Of a stretch of DNA of 32,220 nt, positions 15,066 through 24,102 are shown piece by piece (positions within the stretch are counted from its first letter, which is position 1; the number at the start of each line of letters is the position of its first letter). This DNA is from an uncultured bacterium (GTDB lineage Bacteria > Patescibacteriota > Minisyncoccia > Moranbacterales > GWC2-37-73), in contig CAIPMZ010000066.1 of assembly GCA_903866285.1 (NCBI GenBank), forward strand, positions 1 through 32,220, in the 5' to 3' direction. The position numbers and the translations under genes were made by a program. The notes beneath the pieces were generated by a model. That model was given only the letters and a program-made list of their open reading frames with translations, was not told the DNA's origin and searched no databases.

Positions 15066-15782
15066 ATGAGCGGACATTCACATTGGGCGGGAATTAAACA
15101 GCGGAAAGGCGTTAATGACGCCAAGCGGGCGAAAGTCTTTACGAGGCACGGCCGGCTTATTACGATTGCGGCTAAAGAAGGTGGCGGCAAGCCAGAGATG
15201 AATTTTAAATTGCAGATGGCGATTGATAGCGCGCGGTATATGAATATGCCGAAGGAAACGATTGAACGGGCGATTAAGAAAGGTACAGGCGAACTAAAAG
15301 ATGGCGCGGAAATCGAAGAAATTATTTATGAAGGTTATGGCCCGGGTAACGTGGCGATGCTAATTAAGACCGCCACCGACAATCGCAATCGCACTGGTAG
15401 TGAAATCCGTAGTGTCCTTACGAAAGCCGGCGGCAAGCCGGCTAGCGAGGGCGGAGTTAAATTTATGTTTAAACTAGTTGGCAGTATCGCGGTGGCAGTT
15501 GAGGGTAAAACAGCAGATGACTTGGAAATGCTAGCCATTGAAGCTGGCGCCGAGGATATGACCAGTGAAGAAGAAATTTTCGTGGTTTATACTAAGGTTG
15601 AAGATTTAAAAACCGTTAAAGAAAATCTGGAAAAAGCCGGCCTGAAAATCGAAGGCGCCGAGCTAGTCTACGTACCCCTCCAAAAAACCGAGCTAACTGA
15701 AGACTTTAGGATTGAATACGAAAAACTCCTGGAGAAATTGGATGAGCATGAGGATGTGCAGGAAGTATACGACAATTTATAA
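15066..15782 (+). CDS. yebC: YebC/PmpR-family transcriptional regulator
   Basis: MSGHSHWAGIKQRKG...DAKRAKVFTR...YEGYGPGNVA...TDNRNRT are hallmark YebC motifs. Confidence 0.95.
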   Translation: MSGHSHWAGIKQRKGVNDAKRAKVFTRHGRLITIAAKEGGGKPEMNFKLQMAIDSARYMNMPKETIERAIKKGTGELKDGAEIEEIIYEGYGPGNVAMLIKTATDNRNRTGSEIRSVLTKAGGKPASEGGVKFMFKLVGSIAVAVEGKTADDLEMLAIEAGAEDMTSEEEIFVVYTKVEDLKTVKENLEKAGLKIEGAELVYVPLQKTELTEDFRIEYEKLLEKLDEHEDVQEVYDNL

Positions 15783-16094
15783 TCTTGGGGATTACGAATT
15801 ATAATTTTCAATTTTCAATTCACAATTTTCATTGAATTTTTAATGTCTTAATTTTCAAAATTGCATTTCTGTTTTTGATCATTGAGTCATCGAGATTTTA
15901 TTGGAAATTGAAAATTGGTCATTGGAAATTCCGAGAACCTAATCTTTGATTGTTAAAAACTAATTTGAAATTTGAAATTTTAAATTTTAAATCAAATCTT
16001 AATTCTAAAATGTTTGAAATATTAAAAATTTAGTCATTAAAAATTTATTAAAAATTTATTAAAAATTGAAAATTCCCCTAAACCCCTTAGGGTT
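15783..16094. repeat. mosaic low-complexity repeat block (family E) filling the yebC-ruvC spacer
   Basis: Short-period A/T-rich units (ATTTTCA, GAAATTT, AAAATTTATT) and GATTACGAAT and GGAAATTGAAAATTGG modules that recur elsewhere in the window. Confidence 0.8.
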
Positions 16095-16574
16095 TTGGGG
16101 ATAGATCCTGGCACCGCTATTGTGGGCTGGGCGGTTTTAGAGGAGGTCAAGGGCTGCGTCAAGCCAATCGCCTTCGGACATATTACGACTTCGCCAAAAA
16201 ACAGCACGGGGGAGCGACTTTTGGAGGTGGTGCGGGATTTGGAGGAAATTATTACGAAATTTCAGCCCCATGAGGCGGCCGTGGAGGATCTTTTCTTTTT
16301 TAAAAACCTAAAAACTGTCATGAAAGTAAGCCAAGCGAGAGGCTCAATCCTCTTGACACTCGAGCGATTTTGTGTTAGCATTTTTGAATACACACCGCTC
16401 CAGGTCAAGCAAGCAATCACCGGTTACGGACGAGCTGAGAAAAAGCAAATTCAAATCATGACCCAGAAAATTTTAAATCTCAAAAGCATCCCGAAACCCG
16501 ACGACACTGCCGACGCCCTCGCCATTGCGCTTTGCCATTTAAATAGTCGGAAGATGAAGGCGATCAGGAGTTAG
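16095..16574 (+). CDS. ruvC: crossover junction endodeoxyribonuclease RuvC
   Basis: GIDPGTAIVGWAV, AVEDLFF, QVKQAITGYGRAEKKQI and DDTADALAIALCH. The first canonical start is TTG at 16095, but the in-frame upstream codons read LRVL, which also looks RuvC-like. Confidence 0.9.
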   Translation: MGIDPGTAIVGWAVLEEVKGCVKPIAFGHITTSPKNSTGERLLEVVRDLEEIITKFQPHEAAVEDLFFFKNLKTVMKVSQARGSILLTLERFCVSIFEYTPLQVKQAITGYGRAEKKQIQIMTQKILNLKSIPKPDDTADALAIALCHLNSRKMKAIRS

Positions 16575-16902
16575 GATATGGATAATTTAATTTTTTCTGT
16601 GCTTAGTTGGATTAATAATTTGAAATTTAAAATTTAAAATTTGAATTGAATTTAAAATGTTTTAATTTTTTAAATTTTAAAATTTAGGCATTGATTTCAA
16701 ATTTAAAATTTCAAATTCCAAGATCCGAAATTACAAATCGTTTGAATGTTTGAGTTTTGATTGTTGAATTTTGTTTGCCTGCCTGCCGGTAGGCAGGGTT
16801 ATTGTATCTTGGTTATTGTATCTTTTACTTTGTATCTTTAGAAATTTATTTTATTTAAAAAGATGTGTTACATGCTCTATGTTTCATGTTTTGTGAAATT
16901 TT
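16575..16902. repeat. family E mosaic block with a CCTGCCGGTAGGCAGG hairpin and TTGTATCTT repeats
   Basis: 16741..16839 matches the reverse complement of 31322..31452. Confidence 0.85.
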
Positions 16903-17559
16903 ATGAACAACGTCAGTCCTCTTATCAATTTTTTTATCCAGCAGGGTGTGCCGTTGGAAACGGTTATCCTGCTTTTAATGTTGCCGGTGGTGGTAACGTT
17001 GATTGCTTTTTTCCGCCAGATAGTCGGGATTAAGGCTTTTGGCATTTATACGCCAGCGATTGTGACTTTCGCTTTTTTGGCTGTGCCTCAGCTTCGTTAC
17101 GGCGTAGTAGTTTTTGTCAGCGTTATTTTAGTCGGGATGCTGATGCGCTTTGTGCTGAAAAGTTTTCGCATCTTGTATCTTCCGCGCGTCGCCATCACCT
17201 TGAGTGTGATTGCTTTTTCAATTTTGTTTCTGCTGGGGCTGGGTGGCTATTTCCAGCGAACTGGCCTGGCTAGCGTGACGATTTTTCCAATTTTAATTAT
17301 GATTACGATTGTAGAGAAATTTGTCGTAGTTCAAATCGAGAAAGGTAATAAAGCCGCGGTTATTTTAGCCGTGGAAACCTTGGTTATTTCGCTGGCTGGT
17401 TACTATTTAGCAAGCTGGCCAATGCTAATCAAGGGCATCATCGCTTTCCCATGGCTAATTTTGATTACAATTCCAATTAATATTTTCCTCGGCAAATGGG
17501 ATGGGCTTCGCCTCACCGAATACGTGAGGTTTTGGGAAGTATTGAAGAATCTCAAATAG
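16903..17559 (+). CDS. multi-pass (about 7TM) membrane protein of the type associated with RimK-like ligases
   Basis: Six or seven hydrophobic helices. RQIVGIKAFGIYTP and GKWDGLRLTEYVRFWE resemble the 7TM module usually fused to an inactive transglutaminase (PF14402). No transglutaminase domain is present here. Confidence 0.68.
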   Translation: MNNVSPLINFFIQQGVPLETVILLLMLPVVVTLIAFFRQIVGIKAFGIYTPAIVTFAFLAVPQLRYGVVVFVSVILVGMLMRFVLKSFRILYLPRVAITLSVIAFSILFLLGLGGYFQRTGLASVTIFPILIMITIVEKFVVVQIEKGNKAAVILAVETLVISLAGYYLASWPMLIKGIIAFPWLILITIPINIFLGKWDGLRLTEYVRFWEVLKNLK

Positions 17560-17697
17560 TCCCTACGAAAGTATAAAATTTTTACAAAAGTACAAATATA
17601 CAAAATCATTTCGCGAAGTATGTCACAGTTGATTTTATATTTGCATGCTTTTATGTTTAAATGATCGTATGATTTTATGTTTAAATGATTACAGAAT

Positions 17698-19128
17698 ATG
17701 TTTGAAGAACTGAAAAATGCGCGGAAATTATTAGGACTCAATGCTCGAAATCTTAATTATATTCGGCCTTATAATAAGAAAAAATCTAAACGCTTGGCGG
17801 ATGATAAAATTTCCAGCAAGCGGGTTTTACGCAAGGCAGGGATTCCTGTGCCGAAGCTTTTGGCGCGAATTAAATCGGTAGAGGAGTTGGAAAGTTTTGA
17901 TTGGACGAGTTTGCCAGCCACTTTTGCGCTGAAACCAAATCGAGGTTTCGGCGGCGGCGGAATTTTAGTGGTATACGGGCGAAAAAAATTCTCAAAAAAG
18001 TTTTTGCAAGCTGACTTGGCTGAAATTCCCGATCCAGTTTGGATAAAATCAGATGGCTCAAAAGTAACCGTGCAGGATTTAAAAAACCAAATTCGTAATA
18101 TTTTAGATGGCGCTTTTTCGCTAGCCAATATGCCGGACACGGCTTTTTTCGAAGAGCGCTTAACTTTGCTAAAATTATTTAAACCTTATGCCTATAAAGG
18201 TATTCCTGATATTCGCGTGGTTGTTTTTAATCGGATTCCCGTTATGGCGATGTTGCGACTGCCAACGAAAGAATCTGGCGGTAAAGCCAATTTGCAACAA
18301 GGTGGTATCGGCGTGGGGATTGACCTTATCTCGGGCGTAACAACTTCAGCAGTGTTGGGCGAAGGAAAATTAATTGACTACGTGCCAGGTACACGGATGT
18401 TGCTTTCGGGGATTCGAATTCCATACTGGAAAGAAATTTTGCTCCTAGCTGTCAAAGCTCAAGAAATCTCGGGGATGGGATTTTTAGGCGCTGACGTGGC
18501 TATTGATCGCGAACGCGGGCCAGTCTTTTTGGAAATTAACGCTCGCCCGGGGCTGGGAATTCAAGTTGCTAATTTAGCTGGTCTGCGCGAAAGACTGGAA
18601 AGAATTAAGGGACTAAAAATAAAAACCGCGGCGCGCGGGGTGCGCGTAGGCCGTGATCTTTTCGGGGGCGAAGTGGAGGAAGAAGTAGAAGAAATTTCTG
18701 GACGTAAAGTGATTGGGACGATTGAAAAAATTAAACTGATCGGTCGCAGCGAAAAGTCCGTCGAGGTTGAAGCTAAAGTTGATACTGGCGCTGGCTTTAC
18801 TTCGATTGATACGGATTTAGCTGAGCAACTTGGCTTTGAAGATACCGTCAGAGAATATCAAAAAATCGAGGCCACTTATAAAGATATCAAACATTTGGAC
18901 AAAAAAGAGCGTTGGGATATTTTTAAGCATATTCCGCATTTGGAAAGTATGGTGGTTATTAATTCAGCTAGCGGCTCAACGTATCGTCCGACGATTAAAA
19001 TTACGGTTATTATGGACGGCGTCACGATTCCAACCAAAGTTACCTTAATTAATCGCGCGCATTTAAAATACCCGATTATTATTGGAAAAAGAAATTTAAA
19101 AAAGTTTTTAATTGATGTCAATAAATAG
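17698..19128 (+). CDS. alpha-L-glutamate-ligase-related ATP-grasp enzyme fused to a C-terminal retropepsin-like domain (the family annotated as ATP-dependent zinc protease)
   Basis: Opening LGLNARNLNYIRPYNKKKSKRLADDKISSKRVL, and ATP-grasp blocks ALKPNRGFGGGGI and VFLEINARPGL. The C-terminus, EAKVDTGAGFTSID...RPTIKITV...LINRAHLKYPIIIGKRNLKKFLIDV, matches PF05618-type domains. Confidence 0.8.
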   Translation: MFEELKNARKLLGLNARNLNYIRPYNKKKSKRLADDKISSKRVLRKAGIPVPKLLARIKSVEELESFDWTSLPATFALKPNRGFGGGGILVVYGRKKFSKKFLQADLAEIPDPVWIKSDGSKVTVQDLKNQIRNILDGAFSLANMPDTAFFEERLTLLKLFKPYAYKGIPDIRVVVFNRIPVMAMLRLPTKESGGKANLQQGGIGVGIDLISGVTTSAVLGEGKLIDYVPGTRMLLSGIRIPYWKEILLLAVKAQEISGMGFLGADVAIDRERGPVFLEINARPGLGIQVANLAGLRERLERIKGLKIKTAARGVRVGRDLFGGEVEEEVEEISGRKVIGTIEKIKLIGRSEKSVEVEAKVDTGAGFTSIDTDLAEQLGFEDTVREYQKIEATYKDIKHLDKKERWDIFKHIPHLESMVVINSASGSTYRPTIKITVIMDGVTIPTKVTLINRAHLKYPIIIGKRNLKKFLIDVNK

Positions 19129-19135
19129 TTGGTGT

Positions 19136-20074
19136 ATGAAAAAAATTCTTTTTATTGGGATTGGTAAAGAAGAAAATCAAAAACAGCGCATGCTTAAGGC
19201 TCTCGTTAAGGCTGGGGTAGGCTGCGTTTATGTTAAATGGTCAGAGTTAGCCTTTTTGGGCAATAAGCTTTACGCACAATCTAAGGAAATCGATTTAAAG
19301 CAATTTGGAGCCGTGTTTTTTGATACACCAAGGTTTACCGTTAAATCAGTAAAGAGTAATAAAAAAATAGCTTTTAACTTGGGAAATGAGTTGCAACTTT
19401 TATTGACAAGCTTGAAAGAAAACAATGTTTATACCTTAAACCAAGATTTTTTTCTCAAATATCCTTATTATAATAAATTTTCCCAGGCTTATATTTTTGC
19501 AAGTAATGAAATTCCTTCCATCCCAACCCTGCATCTAGCTGATAATAAGGTTAGTAAAATTTCGGAAATTTTAATTGAAAAGAATTTTAATTTTCCAATC
19601 ATAGTAAAGGAAGGCTATGGCGAGGGTGGCGAAGGCGTTTGGAAGCTTGATAATCAGCTTGAACTAAACAGTTTTATCGCCAAGCGAAGAAGCGAAAATC
19701 TTATCTTCCAACCTTTTATAAAAAATGATGGTGATTATCGGGTGATTGTTGCGAATGGGAAATGTCTAGGGATTATGAAACGGAGCGCTCAGGGTGGTGA
19801 GTGGAAAAATAATTTTTCGTTGGGCGGGGAGGTTGCAAGACATGAGGATGAAGAAATGAAAAAGTTTGCGGTTAAGGCTTGCCAGAAAATGAAACTGGAT
19901 ATGGCTGGTCTGGATATTTTTTCTACGCCAACGGGCTTTTTAGTAATTGAGGCTAATTTATTTTTTGGACTGGACGGTTTTGAATCTGTTTTTGAAGAGC
20001 TAGACGTTTCAGCGGAAATAGTTAAAATGCTGGTTGCAAAACTGGAAGAAGACAATGGGCAAGAAAGTTTTTAA
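19136..20074 (+). CDS. RimK-like ATP-grasp ligase
   Basis: PIIVKEGYGEGGEGVW, QPFIKNDGDYRVIVANGKCLGIMKRSAQGGEWKNNFSLGG and AGLDIFSTPTGFLVIEANL. I chose the ATG at 19136 (MKKILFIGIG) over the TTG at 19112, which overlaps the upstream stop. Confidence 0.75.
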   Translation: MKKILFIGIGKEENQKQRMLKALVKAGVGCVYVKWSELAFLGNKLYAQSKEIDLKQFGAVFFDTPRFTVKSVKSNKKIAFNLGNELQLLLTSLKENNVYTLNQDFFLKYPYYNKFSQAYIFASNEIPSIPTLHLADNKVSKISEILIEKNFNFPIIVKEGYGEGGEGVWKLDNQLELNSFIAKRRSENLIFQPFIKNDGDYRVIVANGKCLGIMKRSAQGGEWKNNFSLGGEVARHEDEEMKKFAVKACQKMKLDMAGLDIFSTPTGFLVIEANLFFGLDGFESVFEELDVSAEIVKMLVAKLEEDNGQESF

Positions 20075-20097
20075 ATAGTACGTTAATAGGTTAGAAA

Positions 20098-20205
20098 TTT
20101 TACGAGCTTATTTACTTTTTAGAGCCCGCACTTGACCGAAAACAATGGTCAAGTGCTTAACTCGCTGTCGCTCATATGGCCTAAAAAGCAAATAAGCTCG
20201 TAAAA
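20098..20205. repeat. 108-nt long-hairpin element (25-bp terminal inverted repeats, inner 10-bp hairpin)
   Basis: TTTTACGAGCTTATTTACTTTTTAG pairs with CTAAAAAGCAAATAAGCTCGTAAAA (1 mismatch). The inner hairpin is GCACTTGACC-N9-GGTCAAGTGC. Confidence 0.75.
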
Positions 20206-20284
20206 ATTCAGAAGTAATCTTTAGCTAGAGTTGTATACTGCGCATGTCTCGGGAATGCTCGTAATTTTTTAAAAAAACAGGGTA

Positions 20285-21226
20285 ATGAAAAAAGTAATGA
20301 TTCTTTTTGGGCGAAGTGACTGGGAAAAAGCGAAACCTTTTGATAATAAGGATTACCAGTATTCCTATGAATATTTTTATGACCTGTGTAGGGAGAATGG
20401 GATTCAAATGTATCGGGCTTCGTATCAGTGGTATGACTATGAAAAAAACCTTTTTAAATATGCTTGGATTTATGAAGGGAGTGGCGGCAAATGGCGCAAA
20501 GTTGAAAATATCGAGCCTGATTTGGTTTATGATAAAACGAAATCGCGGGCTGAGGTTTATTATAAAAAAGAATTGATCGCGCAGACTTACCCTTTCATTA
20601 ATGATTTAAATTTTACTAAAATTGTCGACGATAAGTTTGTGACCAGTTTAATTTTTCCGCAGTGGTCGAAAAAAAGTTATTTAATTAAAACCAAGGCAGA
20701 TTTAGAAAAAATTCTGCCAAAGTTAAAAACCGCTAAGGTGGTAATTAAACCCTTAAGCGAAAGTGGTGGGAAAGGGGTGCAACTTCTGGAAAAAACAGAA
20801 CTTGAAAAAGTTGAGTTTAGCGGCGAAAATCTGGTGCAGGAATTTATTGATTCGGCCAAGGGCGTGCCGGGAGTTAGCGTTGGTATGCACGATCTGCGCT
20901 TGGTTTTTGTTGGCGAGAAATTAAGTTATGCTTATCTGCGAGAGCCGAAAGTGGGAAGTTTCCTAGCTAATTTAGCCCAAGGCGGAAAATTAACTATTGT
21001 GCCCGTGGAGAATTTGCCAAAAGCTTTAGCGCCAATTGTCGAATTTATTAATGAAACTTTTAGTTCTTTTCCTGACCGAATTTTTGCGATTGATTTTATG
21101 TTTGATGAAACTGGCCAGCCTTGGATTGTAGAACTTAACTCCATGCCCGGACTTTTTTTCTCCCCGGAGGAAAAACCGTATATGATTGAAATGTATCAAG
21201 AGCTGCTGAAGGTTTTTAAAAAGTAA
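20285..21226 (+). CDS. third ATP-grasp ligase (YheC/D- or TTL-like)
   Basis: VVIKPLSESGGKGV, VQEFIDS, HDLRLVFVGEKLSYAYLREPKVGSFLANLAQGG and FAIDFMFDETGQPWIVELNSMPG. Confidence 0.65.
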   Translation: MKKVMILFGRSDWEKAKPFDNKDYQYSYEYFYDLCRENGIQMYRASYQWYDYEKNLFKYAWIYEGSGGKWRKVENIEPDLVYDKTKSRAEVYYKKELIAQTYPFINDLNFTKIVDDKFVTSLIFPQWSKKSYLIKTKADLEKILPKLKTAKVVIKPLSESGGKGVQLLEKTELEKVEFSGENLVQEFIDSAKGVPGVSVGMHDLRLVFVGEKLSYAYLREPKVGSFLANLAQGGKLTIVPVENLPKALAPIVEFINETFSSFPDRIFAIDFMFDETGQPWIVELNSMPGLFFSPEEKPYMIEMYQELLKVFKK

Positions 21227-21248
21227 ATTAAACTTGGATTTAAAACCC

Positions 21249-21276
21249 TTGAAAAATAAGTTAGTTCCTGTATAAT
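21249..21276 (+). promoter_or_regulatory. possible promoter TTGAAA-N16-TATAAT upstream of the PBP1A gene
   Basis: The hexamers are good, but an 11-bp-stem hairpin (21277..21302) follows immediately, so it could instead be part of a terminator region. Confidence 0.4.
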
Positions 21277-21484
21277 AAAGCAGCTTTGAAAAAAGCTGCT
21301 TTAAGCGTATAATATATTTGAGACTTATGCATTTGCTCAAAAATTCCTAGAGCGTAATTTTTTTGCTAAGTAAACTGCTCTTGGTCTACTTCAAGTCTTT
21401 TTCACTAAGGGAGTCGCCTGTAAGTAATTTTCTCTCAAACGCATAAGTTCCAAATAAAAGCAATCTTTAGTTGAAATTTCCTAT

Positions 21485-21652
21485 ATGCGACCAATTTTTA
21501 TTTCTCAAAAATTTAAAAAAATTAAAAATATGTCTGCCGGAGAAAGGTGGAAACTTTTCGGTAAAATTATACTGGTTGGTTTTGGGCTGTTGGTCTTGCT
21601 GATTGTGGGGACTTTTTTCTATTTTGCTAAAGATTTGCCGAGCGCTAATTAG
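21485..21652 (+). pseudogene. N-terminal membrane-anchor segment of the PBP1A gene, ending at an in-frame TAG (21650..21652)
   Basis: ATG at 21485 encodes a 55-aa segment, ...WKLFGKIILVGFGLLVLLIVGTFFYFAKDLPSAN, then TAG. It is in the same frame as, and directly abuts, the catalytic ORF starting VDARLVAQSTKIYDRSG. Confidence 0.7.
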
Positions 21653-24031
21653 GTGGATGCTAGGTTGGTTGCTCAATCGACTAAAATTTATGATCGGAGT
21701 GGCCAGCATCTTTTGTATGACGTCCATGGGGAAGAAAAGCGGACGGTCGTACCTTTTAATCAAATTCCGGAGAACGTAAAATACGCCACGATCGCCCTAG
21801 AAGACCAAACTTTCTATACGCATTATGGTATTGACTTAAAATCTATTTTGCGTTCCGTTTTTAAGGATATTATTAGAGGTGGGGCAGTTCAAGGCGGGAG
21901 CACAATTACGCAGCAGTTTATTAAAAAATCCTTGCTGACTGACGAGAAAACGATTACCCGAAAAGTTAAAGAGCTAATTTTATCAATTGAGCTGGAGCAA
22001 AAATATTCTAAAGATGATATTTTGGCGATGTACCTTAACCAAATTCCGTATGGCTCGAGCGCTTATGGGATCGAAGCAGCCTCGCAAACTTTTTTTAGTA
22101 AATCTTCTAAGGAGTTATCTTTAGCTGAAGCTGCTTTACTGGCAGCGCTCCCAAATGCGCCGACGTATTACTCACCTTTTGGCTCACACGTCAAAAACTT
22201 AAAAGCCAGGCAAAATCTAACGCTCCAAAAAATGGCCGAGCAGGGTTACATTACCCAGGCGCAAGCTGACGAAGCGATGGCGGTGGACGTGCTTTCCGCG
22301 ATAGCGCCGAAACAGGATAATATTTCAGCTCCGCATTTTGTGATGTACGTGAAAGATTATTTGGAACAAAAATATGGCGAGCAGGCTGTCGAGCAAGGCG
22401 GTTTAAAAGTTTATACCACCCTGGATTGGGATAAACAACAAGCGGCCGAAAAAGCCGTCGCTGAGGGTGCGGAAAAAAATAAGGCGCAAAATGCTAATAA
22501 CGCAGCCCTGATCGCGATGGATCCGAAAACAGGCCAAATTTTAGCGATGGTCGGCAGTAAAAATTATTTTGGGAAATCCGAGCCGGCTGGTTGTATTTCG
22601 GGAAAAAATTGTACCTTTGAACCGCAAGATAATACCAGTATCCGCGATCGCCAACCGGGCTCATCTTTTAAGCCGTACGTTTATTTAACGGCTTTTACAA
22701 AAGGTTATACCCCAGAAACCTTGCTTTATGACGTAGCAACAAATTTTTCTACGGATGAAGGTAAGGACTATAAACCTCAAAATTATGACGGAAAATTTCA
22801 TGGCGCCCTCCAAATGAAAAATGCTTTAGCGATGTCGCTTAATATCCCAGCGGTAAAAGCCCTTTATCTAGCTGGAGTCAACGATTCCATCAATTTAGCT
22901 AAAAGTCTTGGGATTACCGGCCTTAATCAGCCTGATCGTTACGGCCTTTCTTTGGTGTTGGGCGGTGGCGAGGTAACACTCTTGGACCACGTTAACGCTT
23001 ATAGCGGTTTAGCTGCGGGCGGAATTCAGCACACTAAAACGGCTATCTTAAAAATTCAAGATAAAGACGGCACAACTTTGGAAGAATACAAAAATGAGTC
23101 AGGGCAGCGAGTTGTGGAGGAAAAATATGTAGCGATGCTGGATCATATTATGTCAACTAACGATTATCGCGCGCCCGTTTTTGGCGAAAATAACCCTTTT
23201 AAATTTACGGATCGACCCGTGGCCGCCAAAACTGGAACAACGAATGAATTCCGAGATGGTTGGGCAATGGGCTTTACGCCATCCTTGGCAGCTGGCGTCT
23301 GGGCTGGAAATAATGATAATGCTTCGATGAAAACTGGGGCGGATGGAATTGTGGTCGCGGCTCCAATTTGGCGAGCTTTTATGAATGAAGCTTTAAAAAA
23401 TACCCCGGTCGAACAATTTCCAAAATATGAAAAAGAAGATGCTGGTAAACCGATTTTAAATGGGGAAGTCGATAAAAAAGATAATTTAAAAGTTTGTAAA
23501 ATTCCGGGCACTAAAAGTGAGTATTGTTTAGCTAGCGACGCTTGTCCGTCGGGAGACGTTGAGAAAAAAGACTTTGCGGATTTACATGACATTCTTTATT
23601 ACGTTAAGCGCGATGATCCGCGGGGAGATTATCCCAAAGATCCAACCAATGATCCGCAATATAAAAATTGGGAAAAAGGCCTGCAAGATTGGCTGAAAAA
23701 AGAGGGCAAGAGCAGTAAGAATAAACCAGCCCCAACGGAAGATTGTAAGTTGTCAGATTTTTCGTCCGCTAACCAACCGAAAGTTTCTGTTTCAGCTACG
23801 GGTGGTGTTTTAGCTGGGATGACGCTGCAGGCTAGCGTCGACGCTCCTTACGGCGTGGATAAAGTTAAATTTTATGTGGATGGTAGCGAAATAGGCACGG
23901 CTAGCGCTAGTCCCTATCAAATTTCTTATGCGCCAGACGCGGGCACAATTTCCATTGAAATTAAAGCGACCGTTACTGATAAAAAAGGTAACCAAACTAG
24001 CGATTCGAAAAATATTTCCGTCAGCCCGTAA
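21653..24031 (+). CDS. class A penicillin-binding protein (GT51 transglycosylase plus transpeptidase) with a C-terminal Ig-like domain
   Basis: GT51 motifs ALEDQTFYTHYGID, GGSTITQQ and RKVKELILSIELE. Transpeptidase motifs SSFKP and KTGTT. This ORF lacks its own TM anchor. Confidence 0.92.
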   Translation: MDARLVAQSTKIYDRSGQHLLYDVHGEEKRTVVPFNQIPENVKYATIALEDQTFYTHYGIDLKSILRSVFKDIIRGGAVQGGSTITQQFIKKSLLTDEKTITRKVKELILSIELEQKYSKDDILAMYLNQIPYGSSAYGIEAASQTFFSKSSKELSLAEAALLAALPNAPTYYSPFGSHVKNLKARQNLTLQKMAEQGYITQAQADEAMAVDVLSAIAPKQDNISAPHFVMYVKDYLEQKYGEQAVEQGGLKVYTTLDWDKQQAAEKAVAEGAEKNKAQNANNAALIAMDPKTGQILAMVGSKNYFGKSEPAGCISGKNCTFEPQDNTSIRDRQPGSSFKPYVYLTAFTKGYTPETLLYDVATNFSTDEGKDYKPQNYDGKFHGALQMKNALAMSLNIPAVKALYLAGVNDSINLAKSLGITGLNQPDRYGLSLVLGGGEVTLLDHVNAYSGLAAGGIQHTKTAILKIQDKDGTTLEEYKNESGQRVVEEKYVAMLDHIMSTNDYRAPVFGENNPFKFTDRPVAAKTGTTNEFRDGWAMGFTPSLAAGVWAGNNDNASMKTGADGIVVAAPIWRAFMNEALKNTPVEQFPKYEKEDAGKPILNGEVDKKDNLKVCKIPGTKSEYCLASDACPSGDVEKKDFADLHDILYYVKRDDPRGDYPKDPTNDPQYKNWEKGLQDWLKKEGKSSKNKPAPTEDCKLSDFSSANQPKVSVSATGGVLAGMTLQASVDAPYGVDKVKFYVDGSEIGTASASPYQISYAPDAGTISIEIKATVTDKKGNQTSDSKNISVSP

Positions 24032-24102
24032 GTAATATAAATAATTATATTTTTAGGATAAATGAAGTAACCTTGAAAGCGTAAAAGGATTTTTTTTATT
24101 CT

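Noticed and set aside
15783-16902. Possible CRISPR arrays in the tandem-repeat-rich spacers around ruvC (also at 9040..9105)
   Set aside because: The repeat periods are 7 to 10 bp, with no 25 to 40-bp repeats alternating with unique spacers, and there are no cas genes in the window.
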